Source: Eledone cirrhosa
Taxonomy: Eukaryota
DNA length: 64,000 nucleotides
Assembly: GCA_964016885.1 (NCBI GenBank)
Contig: OZ024741.1
Coordinates: 248,620,001-248,684,000, forward strand
Direction of reading: 5' to 3'
Below the pieces are notes generated by a model. That model was not told the DNA's origin, did not search any database, and saw only the letters and a list, made by a program, of their open reading frames with translations. A program made the position numbers and the translations under genes. This document shows positions 11,901-27,100 of this stretch, piece after piece; the stretch's first letter is position 1; each line of letters starts with the position of its first letter.

Positions 11901-14900
11901 AAAAAAAATCAAGGGGAGATAATTTCCAGCCGTCCAAGGGGAGGTAATATCTAGCCATCCAAGGGGAGATAATTTCCAGCCGTCCAAGGGGAGATAATTT
12001 CCAGCCGTCCAAGGGGAGATAATATCCAGCCGTCCAAGGAGACATATTTTCCAGCCGTCCAAGGAGAGGTAATTTCTAGCCGTCCAAGGGGAGATAAGTT
12101 CCAGCCTCCAAGGGGAGATAATTTCCCGCCAGCCAAGGAGAGATAACATTTAAAAAAATCAGGCGGAGATAATTTGTAAAAAAAAATCAGGGGGAGATAA
12201 TTTGTAAAAAAATCAGGGGGAGATAATTTGTAAAAAAAATCAGGGGTAGATAATTTCCAGCCGTCCAAGGGGAGATAATTTCCATCCTTCCAAGGGGAGA
12301 TAATTTCCAGCCGTCCAAGGGGAGATAATTTCCCGCCAGCCAAGGAGAGATAATATTTAAAAAAATCAGGCGGAGATAATTTGTAAAAAAAATCAGGGGG
12401 AGATAATTTGTAAAAAAATCAGGGGGAGATAATTTGTAAAAAAAAATCAGGGGGAGATAATTTGTAAAAAAAAATCAGGGGGAGATAATTTGTAAAAAAA
12501 ATCAGGGGTAGATAATTTGTAAAAAAAAATCAGGGGGAGATAATTTGTAAAAAAAAATCAGGGGGAGATAATTTGTAAAAAAATCAAGGGGAGATAATTT
12601 CCAGCCGTCCAAGGGGAGATAATTTTCAGCCGTCCAAGGAGAGGTAATTTCTAGCCGTCCAAGGGGAGATAATTTCCAGCCGTCCAAGGGGAGATAATTT
12701 TTTTAAAAAAATCAGGCGGAGATAATTTGTAAACAAAAATCAGGGGGAGATAATTTGTAAAAAAAAATCAGGGGGAGATAATTTGTAAAAAAAAATCAGG
12801 GGGAGATAATTTGTAAAAAAAAATCAAGGGGAGATAATTTTCAGCCGTCCAAGGGGAGGTAATATCTAGCCATCCAAGGGGAGATAATTTCCAGCCGTCC
12901 AAGGGGAGATATTTCCAGCCGTCCAAGGGGAGATAATATTCAGCCGTCCAAGGAGACATATTTTCCAGCCGTCCAAGGAGACGTAATTTCTAGCCGTCCA
13001 AGGGGAGATAAGTTCCAGCCTCCAAGGGGAGATAATTTCCAGCCAGCCAAGGGGAGATAATTTGTAAAAAAATTAGGGGGAGATAATTTGTAAAAAAAAA
13101 TTAGGGGGAGATAATTTGTAAAAAAAATCAGGGGGAGATAATTTGTAAAAAAAAATCAGGGGGAGATAATTTGTAAAAAAAATCAAGGGGAGATAATTTC
13201 CAGCCAGCCAAGGGGAGATAATTTGTAAAAAAATTAGGGGGAGATAATTTGTAAAAAAAAATTAGGGGGAGATAATTTGTAAAAAAAAATCAGGGGGAGA
13301 TAATTTGTAAAAAAAAATCAGGGGGAGATAATTTGTAAAAAAAAATCAGGCGGAGATAATTTGTAAAAAAATCAAGGGGAGATAATTTCCAGCCGTCCAA
13401 GGGGAGATAATTTTCAGCCGTCCAAGGAGAGGTAATTTCTAGCCGTCCAAGGGGAGATAATTTCCAGCCGTCCAAGGGGAGATAATTTTTTTAAAAAAAT
13501 CAGGCGGAGATAATTTGTAAACAAAAATCAGGGGGAGATAATTTGTAAAAAAAAATCAGGGGGAGATAATTTGTAAAAAAAATCAGGGGGAGATAATTTG
13601 TAAAAAAAATCAAGGGGAGATAATTTGTAAAAAAAAATCAGGGGTAGATAATTTGTAAAAAAAAATCAGGGGGAGATAATTTGTAAAAAAAAATCAGGGG
13701 GAGATAATTTGTAAAAAAATCAAGGGGAGATAATTTCCAGCCGTCCAAGGGGAGATAATTTTCAGCCGTCCAAGGAGAGGTAATTTCTAGCCGTCCAAGG
13801 GGAGATAATTTCCAGCCAGCCAAGGGGAGATAATTTGTAAAAAAATCAGGGGTAGATAATTTGTAAAAAAAAATCAGGGGGAGATAATTTGTAAAAAAAA
13901 TCAGGGGGAGATAATTTGTAAAAAAAATCAGGGGTACATAATTTCCAGCCGTCCAAGGGGAGATAATTTCCATCCTTCCAAGGGGAGATAATTTCCAGCC
14001 GTCCAAGGGGAGATAATTTCCCGCCAGCCAAGGAGAGATAACATTTAAAAAAATCAGGCGGATATAATTTGTAAAAAAAATCAGGGGGAGATAATTTGTA
14101 AAAAAATCAGGGGGAGATAATTTGTAAAAAAAATCAGGGGTAGATAATTTCCAGCCGTCCAAGGGGAGATAATTTCCATCCTTCCAAGGGGAGATAATTT
14201 CCAGCCGTCCAAGGGGAGATAATTTCCCGCCAGCCAAGGAGAGATAATATTTAAAAAAATCAGGCGGAGATAATTTGTAAAAAAATCAGGAGGAGATAAT
14301 TTGTAAAAAAAAATCAGGGGAGATAATTTGTAAAAAAAATCAGGGGGAGATAATTTGTAAAAAAAAATCAGGGGTAGATAATTTGTAAAAAAAATCAGGG
14401 GGAGATAATTTGTAAAAAAAAAATCAGGGGGAGATAATTTGTAAAAAAATCAAGGGGAGATAATTTCCAGCCGTCCAAGGGGAGATAATTTTCAGCCGTC
14501 CAAGGAGGTAATTTCTAGCCGTCCAAGGGGAGATAATTTCCAGCCGTCCAAGGGGAGATAATTTTTTTTAAAAAATCAGGCGGAGATAATTTGTAAACAA
14601 AAATCAGGGGGAGATAATTTGTAAAAAAAAATCAGGGGGAGATAATTTGTAAAAAAAAATCAGGGGGAGATAATTTGTAAAAAAAATCAAGGGGAGATAA
14701 TTTCCAGCCGTCCAAGGTGAGGTAATATCTAGCCATCCAAGGGGAGATAATTTCCAGCCGTCCAAGGGGAGATAATTTCCAGCCGTCCAAGGGGAGATAA
14801 TATCCAGCCGTCCAAGGAGACATATTTTCCAGCCGTCCAAGGAGAGGTAATTTCTAGCCGTCCAAGGGGAGATAAGTTCCAGCCTCCAAGGGGAGATAAT

Positions 14901-17900
14901 TTCCAGCCAGCCAAGGGGAGATAATTTGTAAAAAAATCAGGGGGAGATAATTTGTAGAAAAAATCAGGGGTAGATAATTTGTAAAAAAAATCAGGGGGAG
15001 ATAATTTGTAAAAAAAATCAGGGGGAGATAATTTGTAAAAAAAATCAGGGGTAGATAATTTTCAGCCGTCCAAGGGGAGATAATTTCCATCCTTCCAAGG
15101 GGAGATAATTTCCAGCCGTCCAAGGGGAGATAATTTCCCGCCAGCCAAGGAGAGATAACATTTAAAAAAATCAGGCGGAGATAATTTCTAAAAAAAATCA
15201 GGGGGAGATAATTTGTAAAAAAATCAGGGGGAGATAATTTGTAAAAAAAATCAGGGGTAGATAATTTCCAGCCGTCCAAGGGGAGATAATTTCCATCCTT
15301 CCAAGGGGAGATAATTTCCAGCCGTCCAAGGGGAGATAATTTCCCGCCAGCCAAGGAGAGATAATATTTAAAAAAATCAGGCGGAGATAATTTGTAAAAA
15401 AAATCAGGGGGAGATAATTTGTAAAAAAATCAGGGGGAGATAATTTGTAAAAAAAAATCAGGGGGAGATAATTTGTAAAAAAAATCAGGGGGAGATAATT
15501 TGTAAAAAAAATCAGGGGTAGATAATTTGTAAAAAAAAATCAGGGGGAGATAATTTGTAAAAAAAAAATCAGGGGGAGATAATTTGTAAAAAAATCAAGG
15601 GGAGATAATTTCCAGCCGTCCAAGGGGAGATAATTTTCAGCCGTCCAAGGAGAGGTAATTTCTAGCCGTCCAAGGGGAGATAATTTCCAGCCGTCCAAGG
15701 GGAGATAATTTTTTTAAAAAAATCAGGCGGAGATAATTTGTAAACAAAAATCAGGGGGAGATAATTTGTAAAAAAAAATCAGGGGGAGATAATTTGTAAA
15801 AAAAATCAAGGGGAGATAATTTCCAGCCGTCCAAGGGGAGGTAATATCTAGCCATCCAAGGGGAGATAATTTCCAGCCGTCCAAGGGGAGATAATTTCCA
15901 GCCGTCCAAGGGGAGATAATATCCAGCCGTCCAAGGAGACATATTTTCCAGCCGTCCAAGGAGAGGTAATTTCTAGCCGTCCAAGGGGAGATAAGTTCCA
16001 GCCTCCAAGGGGAGATAATTTCCCGCCAGCCAAGGAGAGATAACATTTAAAAAAATCAGGCGGAGATAATTTGTAAAAAAAAATCAGGGGGAGATAATTT
16101 GTAAAAAAATCAGGGGGAGATAATTTGTAAAAAAAATCAGGGGTAGATAATTTCCAGCCGTCCAAGGGGAGATAATTTCCATCCTTCCAAGGGGAGATAA
16201 TTTCCAGCCGTCCAAGGGGAGATAATTTCCCGCCAGCCAAGGAGAGATAATATTTAAAAAAATCAGGCGGAGATAATTTGTAAAAAAAATCAGGGGGAGA
16301 TAATTTGTAAAAAAATCAGGGGGAGATAATTTGTAAAAAAAAATCAGGGGGAGATAATTTGTAAAAAAAATCAGGGGGAGATAATTTGTAAAAAAAAATC
16401 AGGGGTAGATAATTTGTAAAAAAAAATCAGGGGGAGATAATTTGTAAAAAAAAATCAGGGGGAGATAATTTGTAAAAAAATCAAGGGGAGATAATTTCCA
16501 GCCGTCCAAGGGGAGATAATTTTCAGCCGTCCAAGGAGAGGTAATTTCTAGCCGTCCAAGGGGAGATAATTTCCAGCCGTCCAAGGGGAGATAATTTTTT
16601 TAAAAAAATCAGGCGGAGATAATTTGTAAACAAAAATCAGGGGGAGATAATTTGTAAAAAAAAATCAGGGGGAGATAATTTGTAAAAAAAAATCAGGGGG
16701 AGATAATTTGTAAAAAAAATCAAGGGGAGATAATTTTCAGCCGTCCAAGGGGAGGTAATATCTAGCCATCCAAGGGGAGATAATTTCCAGCCGTCCAAGG
16801 GGAGATAATTTCCAGCCGTCCAAGGGGAGATAATATTCAGCCGTCCAAGGAGACATATTTTCCAGCCGTCCAAGGAGACGTAATTTCTAGCCGTCCAAGG
16901 GGAGATAAGTTCCAGCCTCCAAGGGGAGATAATTTCCAGCCAGCCAAGGGGAGATAATTTGTAAAAAAATTAGGGGGAGATAATTTGTAAAAAAAAATTA
17001 GGGGGAGATAATTTGTAAAAAAAATCAGGGGGAGATAATTTGTAAAAAAAAATCAGGGGGAGATAATTTGTAAAAAAAATCAAGGGGAGATAATTTCCAG
17101 CCAGCCAAGGGGAGATAATTTGTAAAAAAATTAGGGGGAGATAATTTGTAAAAAAAAATTAGGGGGAGATAATTTGTAAAAAAAAATCAGGGGGAGATAA
17201 TTTGTAAAAAAAAATCAGGGGGAGATAATTTGTAAAAAAAAATCAGGCGGAGATAATTTGTAAAAAAATCAAGGGGAGATAATTTCCAGCCGTCCAAGGG
17301 GAGATAATTTTCAGCCGTCCAAGGAGAGGTAATTTCTAGCCGTCCAAGGGGAGATAATTTCCAGCCGTCCAAGGGGAGATAATTTTTTTAAAAAAATCAG
17401 GCGGAGATAATTTGTAAACAAAAATCAGGGGGAGATAATTTGTAAAAAAAAATCAGGGGGAGATAATTTGTAAAAAAAATCAGGGGGAGATAATTTGTAA
17501 AAAAAATCAAGGGGAGATAATTTGTAAAAAAAAATCAGGGGTAGATAATTTGTAAAAAAAAATCAGGGGGAGATAATTTGTAAAAAAAAATCAGGGGGAG
17601 ATAATTTGTAAAAAAATCAAGGGGAGATAATTTCCAGCCGTCCAAGGGGAGATAATTTTCAGCCGTCCAAGGAGAGGTAATTTCTAGCCGTCCAAGGGGA
17701 GATAATTTCCAGCCAGCCAAGGGGAGATAATTTGTAAAAAAATCAGGGGTAGATAATTTGTAAAAAAAAATCAGGGGGAGATAATTTGTAAAAAAAATCA
17801 GGGGGAGATAATTTGTAAAAAAAATCAGGGGTACATAATTTCCAGCCGTCCAAGGGGAGATAATTTCCATCCTTCCAAGGGGAGATAATTTCCAGCCGTC

Positions 17901-19704
17901 CAAGGGGAGATAATTTCCCGCCAGCCAAGGAGAGATAACATTTAAAAAAATCAGGCGGATATAATTTGTAAAAAAAATCAGGGGGAGATAATTTGTAAAA
18001 AAATCAGGGGGAGATAATTTGTAAAAAAAATCAGGGGTAGATAATTTCCAGCCGTCCAAGGGGAGATAATTTCCATCCTTCCAAGGGGAGATAATTTCCA
18101 GCCGTCCAAGGGGAGATAATTTCCCGCCAGCCAAGGAGAGATAATATTTAAAAAAATCAGGCGGAGATAATTTGTAAAAAAATCAGGAGGAGATAATTTG
18201 TAAAAAAAAATCAGGGGAGATAATTTGTAAAAAAAATCAGGGGGAGATAATTTGTAAAAAAAAATCAGGGGTAGATAATTTGTAAAAAAAATCAGGGGGA
18301 GATAATTTGTAAAAAAAAAATCAGGGGGAGATAATTTGTAAAAAAATCAAGGGGAGATAATTTCCAGCCGTCCAAGGGGAGATAATTTTCAGCCGTCCAA
18401 GGAGGTAATTTCTAGCCGTCCAAGGGGAGATAATTTCCAGCCGTCCAAGGGGAGATAATTTTTTTTAAAAAATCAGGCGGAGATAATTTGTAAACAAAAA
18501 TCAGGGGGAGATAATTTGTAAAAAAAAATCAGGGGGAGATAATTTGTAAAAAAAAATCAGGGGGAGATAATTTGTAAAAAAAATCAAGGGGAGATAATTT
18601 CCAGCCGTCCAAGGTGAGGTAATATCTAGCCATCCAAGGGGAGATAATTTCCAGCCGTCCAAGGGGAGATAATTTCCAGCCGTCCAAGGGGAGATAATAT
18701 CCAGCCGTCCAAGGAGACATATTTTCCAGCCGTCCAAGGAGAGGTAATTTCTAGCCGTCCAAGGGGAGATAAGTTCCAGCCTCCAAGGGGAGATAATTTC
18801 CAGCCAGCCAAGGGGAGATAATTTGTAAAAAAATCAGGGGGAGATAATTTGTAGAAAAAATCAGGGGTAGATAATTTGTAAAAAAAATCAGGGGGAGATA
18901 ATTTGTAAAAAAAATCAGGGGGAGATAATTTGTAAAAAAAATCAGGGGTAGATAATTTTCAGCCGTCCAAGGGGAGATAATTTCCATCCTTCCAAGGGGA
19001 GATAATTTCCAGCCGTCCAAGGGGAGATAATTTCCCGCCAGCCAAGGAGAGATAACATTTAAAAAAATCAGGCGGAGATAATTTCTAAAAAAAATCAGGG
19101 GGAGATAATTTGTAAAAAAATCAGGGGGAGATAATTTGTAAAAAAAATCAGGGGTAGATAATTTCCAGCCGTCCAAGGGGAGATAATTTCCATCCTTCCA
19201 AGGGGAGATAATTTCCAGCCGTCCAAGGGGAGATAATTTCCCGCCAGCCAAGGAGAGATAATATTTAAAAAAATCAGGCGGAGATAATTTGTAAAAAAAA
19301 TCAGGGGGAGATAATTTGTAAAAAAATCAGGGGGAGATAATTTGTAAAAAAAAATCAGGGGGAGATAATTTGTAAAAAAATCAGGGGGAGATAATTTGTA
19401 AAAAAAATCAGGGGTAGATAATTTGTAAAAAAAAATCAGGGGGAGATAATTTGTAAAAAAAAAATCAGGGGGAGATAATTTGTAAAAAAATCAAGGGGAG
19501 ATAATTTCCAGCCGTCCAAGGGGAGATAATTTTCAGCCGTCCAAGGAGAGGTAATTTCTAGCCGTCCAAGGGGAGATAATTTCCAGCCGTCCAAGGGGAG
19601 ATAATTTTTTTAAAAAAATCAGGCGGAGATAATTTGTAAACAAAAATCAGGGGGAGATAATTTGTAAAAAAAAATCAGGGGGAGATAATTTGTAAAAAAA
19701 ATCA
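8929..19704 (+). repeat. Three tandem copies of unit X (8929-12826, 12827-16722, and a truncated 2,982-bp copy at 16723-19704)
   Basis: The GTAC marker lies at 10037, 13934 and 17831 (spacing 3,897), then 20813 (spacing 2,982). Identical 199-aa pseudo-ORFs start at 9741, 13638, 17535 and 20517. Confidence 0.9.
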
Positions 19705-22700
19705 AGGGGAGATAATTTTCAGCCGTCCAAGGGGAGGTAATATCTAGCCATCCAAGGGGAGATAATTTCCAGCCGTCCAAGGGGAGATAATTTCCAGCCG
19801 TCCAAGGGGAGATAATATTCAGCCGTCCAAGGAGACATATTTTCCAGCCGTCCAAGGAGACGTAATTTCTAGCCGTCCAAGGGGAGATAAGTTCCAGCCT
19901 CCAAGGGGAGATAATTTCCAGCCAGCCAAGGGGAGATAATTTGTAAAAAAATTAGGGGGAGATAATTTGTAAAAAAAAATTAGGGGGAGATAATTTGTAA
20001 AAAAAATCAGGGGGAGATAATTTGTAAAAAAAAATCAGGGGGAGATAATTTGTAAAAAAAATCAAGGGGAGATAATTTCCAGCCAGCCAAGGGGAGATAA
20101 TTTGTAAAAAAATTAGGGGGAGATAATTTGTAAAAAAAAATTAGGGGGAGATAATTTGTAAAAAAAAATCAGGGGGAGATAATTTGTAAAAAAAAATCAG
20201 GGGGAGATAATTTGTAAAAAAAAATCAGGCGGAGATAATTTGTAAAAAAATCAAGGGGAGATAATTTCCAGCCGTCCAAGGGGAGATAATTTTCAGCCGT
20301 CCAAGGAGAGGTAATTTCTAGCCGTCCAAGGGGAGATAATTTCCAGCCGTCCAAGGGGAGATAATTTTTTTAAAAAAATCAGGCGGAGATAATTTGTAAA
20401 CAAAAATCAGGGGGAGATAATTTGTAAAAAAAAATCAGGGGGAGATAATTTGTAAAAAAAATCAGGGGGAGATAATTTGTAAAAAAAATCAAGGGGAGAT
20501 AATTTGTAAAAAAAAATCAGGGGTAGATAATTTGTAAAAAAAAATCAGGGGGAGATAATTTGTAAAAAAAAATCAGGGGGAGATAATTTGTAAAAAAATC
20601 AAGGGGAGATAATTTCCAGCCGTCCAAGGGGAGATAATTTTCAGCCGTCCAAGGAGAGGTAATTTCTAGCCGTCCAAGGGGAGATAATTTCCAGCCAGCC
20701 AAGGGGAGATAATTTGTAAAAAAATCAGGGGTAGATAATTTGTAAAAAAAAATCAGGGGGAGATAATTTGTAAAAAAAATCAGGGGGAGATAATTTGTAA
20801 AAAAAATCAGGGGTACATAATTTCCAGCCGTCCAAGGGGAGATAATTTCCATCCTTCCAAGGGGAGATAATTTCCAGCCGTCCAAGGGGAGATAATTTCC
20901 CGCCAGCCAAGGAGAGATAACATTTAAAAAAATCAGGCGGATATAATTTGTAAAAAAAATCAGGGGGAGATAATTTGTAAAAAAATCAGGGGGAGATAAT
21001 TTGTAAAAAAAATCAGGGGTAGATAATTTCCAGCCGTCCAAGGGGAGATAATTTCCATCCTTCCAAGGGGAGATAATTTCCAGCCGTCCAAGGGGAGATA
21101 ATTTCCCGCCAGCCAAGGAGAGATAATATTTAAAAAAATCAGGCGGAGATAATTTGTAAAAAAATCAGGAGGAGATAATTTGTAAAAAAAAATCAGGGGA
21201 GATAATTTGTAAAAAAAATCAGGGGGAGATAATTTGTAAAAAAAAATCAGGGGTAGATAATTTGTAAAAAAAATCAGGGGGAGATAATTTGTAAAAAAAA
21301 AATCAGGGGGAGATAATTTGTAAAAAAATCAAGGGGAGATAATTTCCAGCCGTCCAAGGGGAGATAATTTTCAGCCGTCCAAGGAGGTAATTTCTAGCCG
21401 TCCAAGGGGAGATAATTTCCAGCCGTCCAAGGGGAGATAATTTTTTTTAAAAAATCAGGCGGAGATAATTTGTAAACAAAAATCAGGGGGAGATAATTTG
21501 TAAAAAAAAATCAGGGGGAGATAATTTGTAAAAAAAAATCAGGGGGAGATAATTTGTAAAAAAAATCAAGGGGAGATAATTTCCAGCCGTCCAAGGTGAG
21601 GTAATATCTAGCCATCCAAGGGGAGATAATTTCCAGCCGTCCAAGGGGAGATAATTTCCAGCCGTCCAAGGGGAGATAATATCCAGCCGTCCAAGGAGAC
21701 ATATTTTCCAGCCGTCCAAGGAGAGGTAATTTCTAGCCGTCCAAGGGGAGATAAGTTCCAGCCTCCAAGGGGAGATAATTTCCAGCCAGCCAAGGGGAGA
21801 TAATTTGTAAAAAAATCAGGGGGAGATAATTTGTAGAAAAAATCAGGGGTAGATAATTTGTAAAAAAAATCAGGGGGAGATAATTTGTAAAAAAAATCAG
21901 GGGGAGATAATTTGTAAAAAAAATCAGGGGTAGATAATTTTCAGCCGTCCAAGGGGAGATAATTTCCATCCTTCCAAGGGGAGATAATTTCCAGCCGTCC
22001 AAGGGGAGATAATTTCCCGCCAGCCAAGGAGAGATAACATTTAAAAAAATCAGGCGGAGATAATTTCTAAAAAAAATCAGGGGGAGATAATTTGTAAAAA
22101 AATCAGGGGGAGATAATTTGTAAAAAAAATCAGGGGTAGATAATTTCCAGCCGTCCAAGGGGAGATAATTTCCATCCTTCCAAGGGGAGATAATTTCCAG
22201 CCGTCCAAGGGGAGATAATTTCCCGCCAGCCAAGGAGAGATAATATTTAAAAAAATCAGGCGGAGATAATTTGTAAAAAAAATCAGGGGGAGATAATTTG
22301 TAAAAAAATCAGGGGGAGATAATTTGTAAAAAAAAATCAGGGGGAGATAATTTGTAAAAAAAATCAGGGGGAGATAATTTGTAAAAAAAATCAGGGGTAG
22401 ATAATTTGTAAAAAAAAATCAGGGGGAGATAATTTGTAAAAAAAAAATCAGGGGGAGATAATTTGTAAAAAAATCAAGGGGAGATAATTTCCAGCCGTCC
22501 AAGGGGAGATAATTTTCAGCCGTCCAAGGAGAGGTAATTTCTAGCCGTCCAAGGGGAGATAATTTCCCGCCAGCCAAGGAGAGATAACATTTAAAAAAAT
22601 CAGGCGGAGATAATTTCTAAAAAAAATCAGGGGGAGATAATTTGTAAAAAAATCAGGGGGAGATAATTTGTAAAAAAAATCAGGGGTAGATAATTTCCAG

Positions 22701-24151
22701 CCGTCCAAGGGGAGATAATTTCCATCCTTCCAAGGGGAGATAATTTCCAGCCGTCCAAGGGGAGATAATTTCCCGCCAGCCAAGGAGAGATAATATTTAA
22801 AAAAATCAGGCGGAGATAATTTGTAAAAAAAATCAGGGGGAGATAATTTGTAAAAAAATCAGGGGGAGATAATTTGTAAAAAAAAATCAGGGGGAGATAA
22901 TTTGTAAAAAAAATCAGGGGGAGATAATTTGTAAAAAAAATCAGGGGTAGATAATTTGTAAAAAAAAATCAGGGGGAGATAATTTGTAAAAAAAAAATCA
23001 GGGGGAGATAATTTGTAAAAAAATCAAGGGGAGATAATTTCCAGCCGTCCAAGGGGAGATAATTTTCAGCCGTCCAAGGAGAGGTAATTTCTAGCCGTCC
23101 AAGGGGAGATAATTTCCAGCCGTCCAAGGGGAGATAATTTTTTTAAAAAAATCAGGCGGAGATAATTTGTAAACAAAAATCAGGGGGAGATAATTTGTAA
23201 AAAAAAATCAGGGGGAGATAATTTGTAAAAAAAATCAAGGGGAGATAATTTCCAGCCGTCCAAGGGGAGGTAATATCTAGCCATCCAAGGGGAGATAATT
23301 TCCAGCCGTCCAAGGGGAGATAATTTCCAGCCGTCCAAGGGGAGATAATATCCAGCCGTCCAAGGAGACATATTTTCCAGCCGTCCAAGGAGAGGTAATT
23401 TCTAGCCGTCCAAGGGGAGATAAGTTCCAGCCTCCAAGGGGAGATAATTTCCCGCCAGCCAAGGAGAGATAACATTTAAAAAAATCAGGCGGAGATAATT
23501 TGTAAAAAAAAATCAGGGGGAGATAATTTGTAAAAAAATCAGGGGGAGATAATTTGTAAAAAAAATCAGGGGTAGATAATTTCCAGCCGTCCAAGGGGAG
23601 ATAATTTCCATCCTTCCAAGGGGAGATAATTTCCAGCCGTCCAAGGGGAGATAATTTCCCGCCAGCCAAGGAGAGATAATATTTAAAAAAATCAGGCGGA
23701 GATAATTTGTAAAAAAAATCAGGGGGAGATAATTTGTAAAAAAATCAGGGGGAGATAATTTGTAAAAAAAAATCAGGGGGAGATAATTTGTAAAAAAAAT
23801 CAGGGGGAGATAATTTGTAAAAAAAAATCAGGGGTAGATAATTTGTAAAAAAAAATCAGGGGGAGATAATTTGTAAAAAAAAATCAGGGGGAGATAATTT
23901 GTAAAAAAATCAAGGGGAGATAATTTCCAGCCGTCCAAGGGGAGATAATTTTCAGCCGTCCAAGGAGAGGTAATTTCTAGCCGTCCAAGGGGAGATAATT
24001 TCCAGCCGTCCAAGGGGAGATAATTTTTTTAAAAAAATCAGGCGGAGATAATTTGTAAACAAAAATCAGGGGGAGATAATTTGTAAAAAAAAATCAGGGG
24101 GAGATAATTTGTAAAAAAAAATCAGGGGGAGATAATTTGTAAAAAAAATCA
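19705..24151 (+). repeat. Unit X with an internal 550-bp tandem duplication
   Basis: Length 4,447 = 3,897 + 550. Pseudo-ORF ends at 22233 and 22783. Chimeric R/Q block at ~22480-22580. Confidence 0.85.
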
Positions 24152-27100
24152 AGGGGAGATAATTTCCAGCCGTCCAAGGGGAGGTAATATCTAGCCATCC
24201 AAGGGGAGATAATTTCCAGCCGTCCAAGGGGAGATAATTTCCAGCCGTCCAAGGGGAGATAATATCCAGCCGTCCAAGGAGACATATTTTCCAGCCGTCC
24301 AAGGAGACGTAATTTCTAGCCGTCCAAGGGGAGATAAGTTCCAGCCTCCAAGGGGAGATAATTTCCAGCCAGCCAAGGGGAGATAATTTGTAAAAAATTA
24401 GGGGGAGATAATTTGTAAAAAAAAATTAGGGGGAGATAATTTGTAAAAAAAAATCAGGGGGAGATAATTTGTAAAAAAAAATCAGGGGGAGATAATTTGT
24501 AAAAAAAAATCAGGGGGAGATAATTTGTAAAAAAAATCAAGGGGAGATAATTTCCAGCCGTCCAAGGGGAGATAATTTTCAGCCGTCCAAGGAGAGGTAA
24601 ATTCTAGCCGTCCAAGGAGATATAATTTCCAGCCGTCCAAGGGGAGATAATTTCCAGCCGTCCAAGGGGAGATAATTTTAAAAAAAAAATCAGGCGGAGA
24701 TAATTTGTAAACAAAAATCAGGGGGAGATAATTTTTAAAAAAAAATCAGGGGGAGATAATTTGTAAAAAAAAATCAGGGGGAGATAATTTGTAAAAAAAA
24801 TCAAGGGGAGATAATTTCCAGCCGTCCAAGGGGAGGTAATATCTAGCCATCCAAGGGGAGATAATTTCCAGCCGTCCAAGGGGAGATAATTTCCAGCCGT
24901 CCAAGGGGAGATAATATCCAGCCGTCCAAGGAGACATATTTTCCAGCCGTCCAAGGAGAGGTAATTTCTAGCCGTCCAAGGGGAGATAAGTTCCAGCCTC
25001 CAAGGGGAGATAATTTCCAGCCAGCCAAGGGGAGATAATTTGTAAAAAAATCAGGGGGGAGATAATTTGTAAAAAAAATCAGGGGGAGATAATTTGAAAA
25101 AAAAATCAGGGGGAGATAATTTGTAAAAAATATCAAGGGGAGATAATTTCCAGCCCTCCAAGGGGCTATAATTTCCAGCCGTGCAAGGGGAGATAATTTC
25201 CAGCCGTCCAAGGGGAGATAATTTCCATCCTTCCAAGGGGAGATAATTTCCAGCCGTCCAAGGGGAGATAATTTCCCGCCAGCCAAGGGAAGATAATTTT
25301 TTAAAAAATCAGGCGGAGATTGTAAAAAAAATCAGGGGGAGATAATTTGTAAAAAAATCAGGGGGAGATAATTTGTAAAAAAAAATCAGGGGGAGATAAT
25401 TTGTAAAAAAAAATCAGGGGGAGATAATTTGTAAAAAAAATCAGGGGGAGATAATTTGTAAAAAAAATCAGGGGTAGATAATTTGTAAAAAAAATCAGGG
25501 GGAGATAATTTGTAAAAAAAATCAGGGGGAGATAATTTGTAAAAAAAATCAGGGGTAGATAATTTTCAGCCGTCCAAGGGGAGATAATTTCCATCCTTCC
25601 AAGGGGAGATAATTTCCAGCCGTCCAAGGGGAGATAATTTCCCGCCAGCCAAGGAGAGATAACATTTAAAAAAATCAGGCGGAGATAATTTGTAAAAAAA
25701 TCAGGGGGAGATAATTTGTAAAAAAAATCAGGGGTAGATAATTTTCAGCCGTCCAAGGGGAGATAATTTCCATCCTTCCAAGGGGAGATAATTTCCAGCC
25801 GTCCAAGGGGAGATAATTTCCCGCCAGCCAAGGAGAGATAACATTTAAAAAAATCAGGGGGAGATAATTTGTAAAAAAAAATCAGGGGGAGATAATTCGT
25901 AAAAAAAAATCAGGGGGAGATAATTTGTAAAAAAAAATCAGGGGTAGATAATTTGTAAAAAAAAATCAGGGGGAGATAATTTGTAAAAAAAAAATCAGGG
26001 GGAGATAATTTGTAAAAAAATCAAGGGGAGATAATTTCCAGCCGTCCAAGGGGAGATAATTTTCAGCCGTCCAAGGAGAGGTAATTTCTAGCCGTCCAAG
26101 GGGAGATAATTTCCAGCCGTCCAAGGGGAGATAATTTTTTTAAAAAAATCAGGCGGAGATAATTTGTAAACAAAAATCAGGGGGAGATAATTTGTAAAAA
26201 AAAATCAGGGGGAGATAGTTTGTAAAAAAAAATCAGGGGGAGATAATTTGTAAAAAAAATCAAGGGGAGATAATTTGTAAAAAAAAATCAGGGGTAGATA
26301 ATTTGTAAAAAAAAATCAGGGGGAAATAATTTGTAAAAAAAAAATCAGGGGGAGATAATTTGTAAAAAAATCAAGGGGAGATAATTTCCAGCCGTCCAAG
26401 GGGAGATAATTTTCAGCCGTCCAAGGAGAGGTAATTTCTAGCCGTCCAAGGGGAGATAATTTCCAGCCAGCCAAGGGGAGATAATTTGTAAAAAAATCAG
26501 ATGTAGATAATTTGTAAAAAAAAATCAGGGGGAGATAATTTGTAAAAAAAATCAGGGGGAGATAATTTGTAAAAAAAATCAGGGGTAGATAATTTCCAGC
26601 CGTCCAAGGGGAGATAATTTCCATCCTTCCAAGGGGAGATAATTTCCAGCCGTCCAAGGGGAGATAATTTCCCGCCAGCCAAGGAGAGATAATATTTAAA
26701 AAAATCAGGCGGAGATAATTTGTAAAAAAAATCAGGGGGAGATAATTTGTAAAAAAATCAGGGGGAGATAATTTGTAAAAAAAAATCAGGGGAGATAATT
26801 TGTAAAAAAAATCAGGGGGAGATAATTTGTAAAAAAAAATCAGGGGTAGATAATTTGTAAAAAAAAATCAGGGGGAGATAATTTGTAAAAAAAAAATCAG
26901 GGGGAGATAATTTGTAAAAAAATCAAGGGGAGATAATTTCCAGCCGTCCAAGGGGAGATAATTTTCAGCCGTCCAAGGAGGTAATTTCTAGCCGTCCAAG
27001 GGGAGATAATTTCCAGCCGTCCAAGGGGAGATAATTTTTTTTAAAAAATCAGGCGGAGATAATTTGTAAACAAAAATCAGGGGGAGATAATTTGTAAAAA

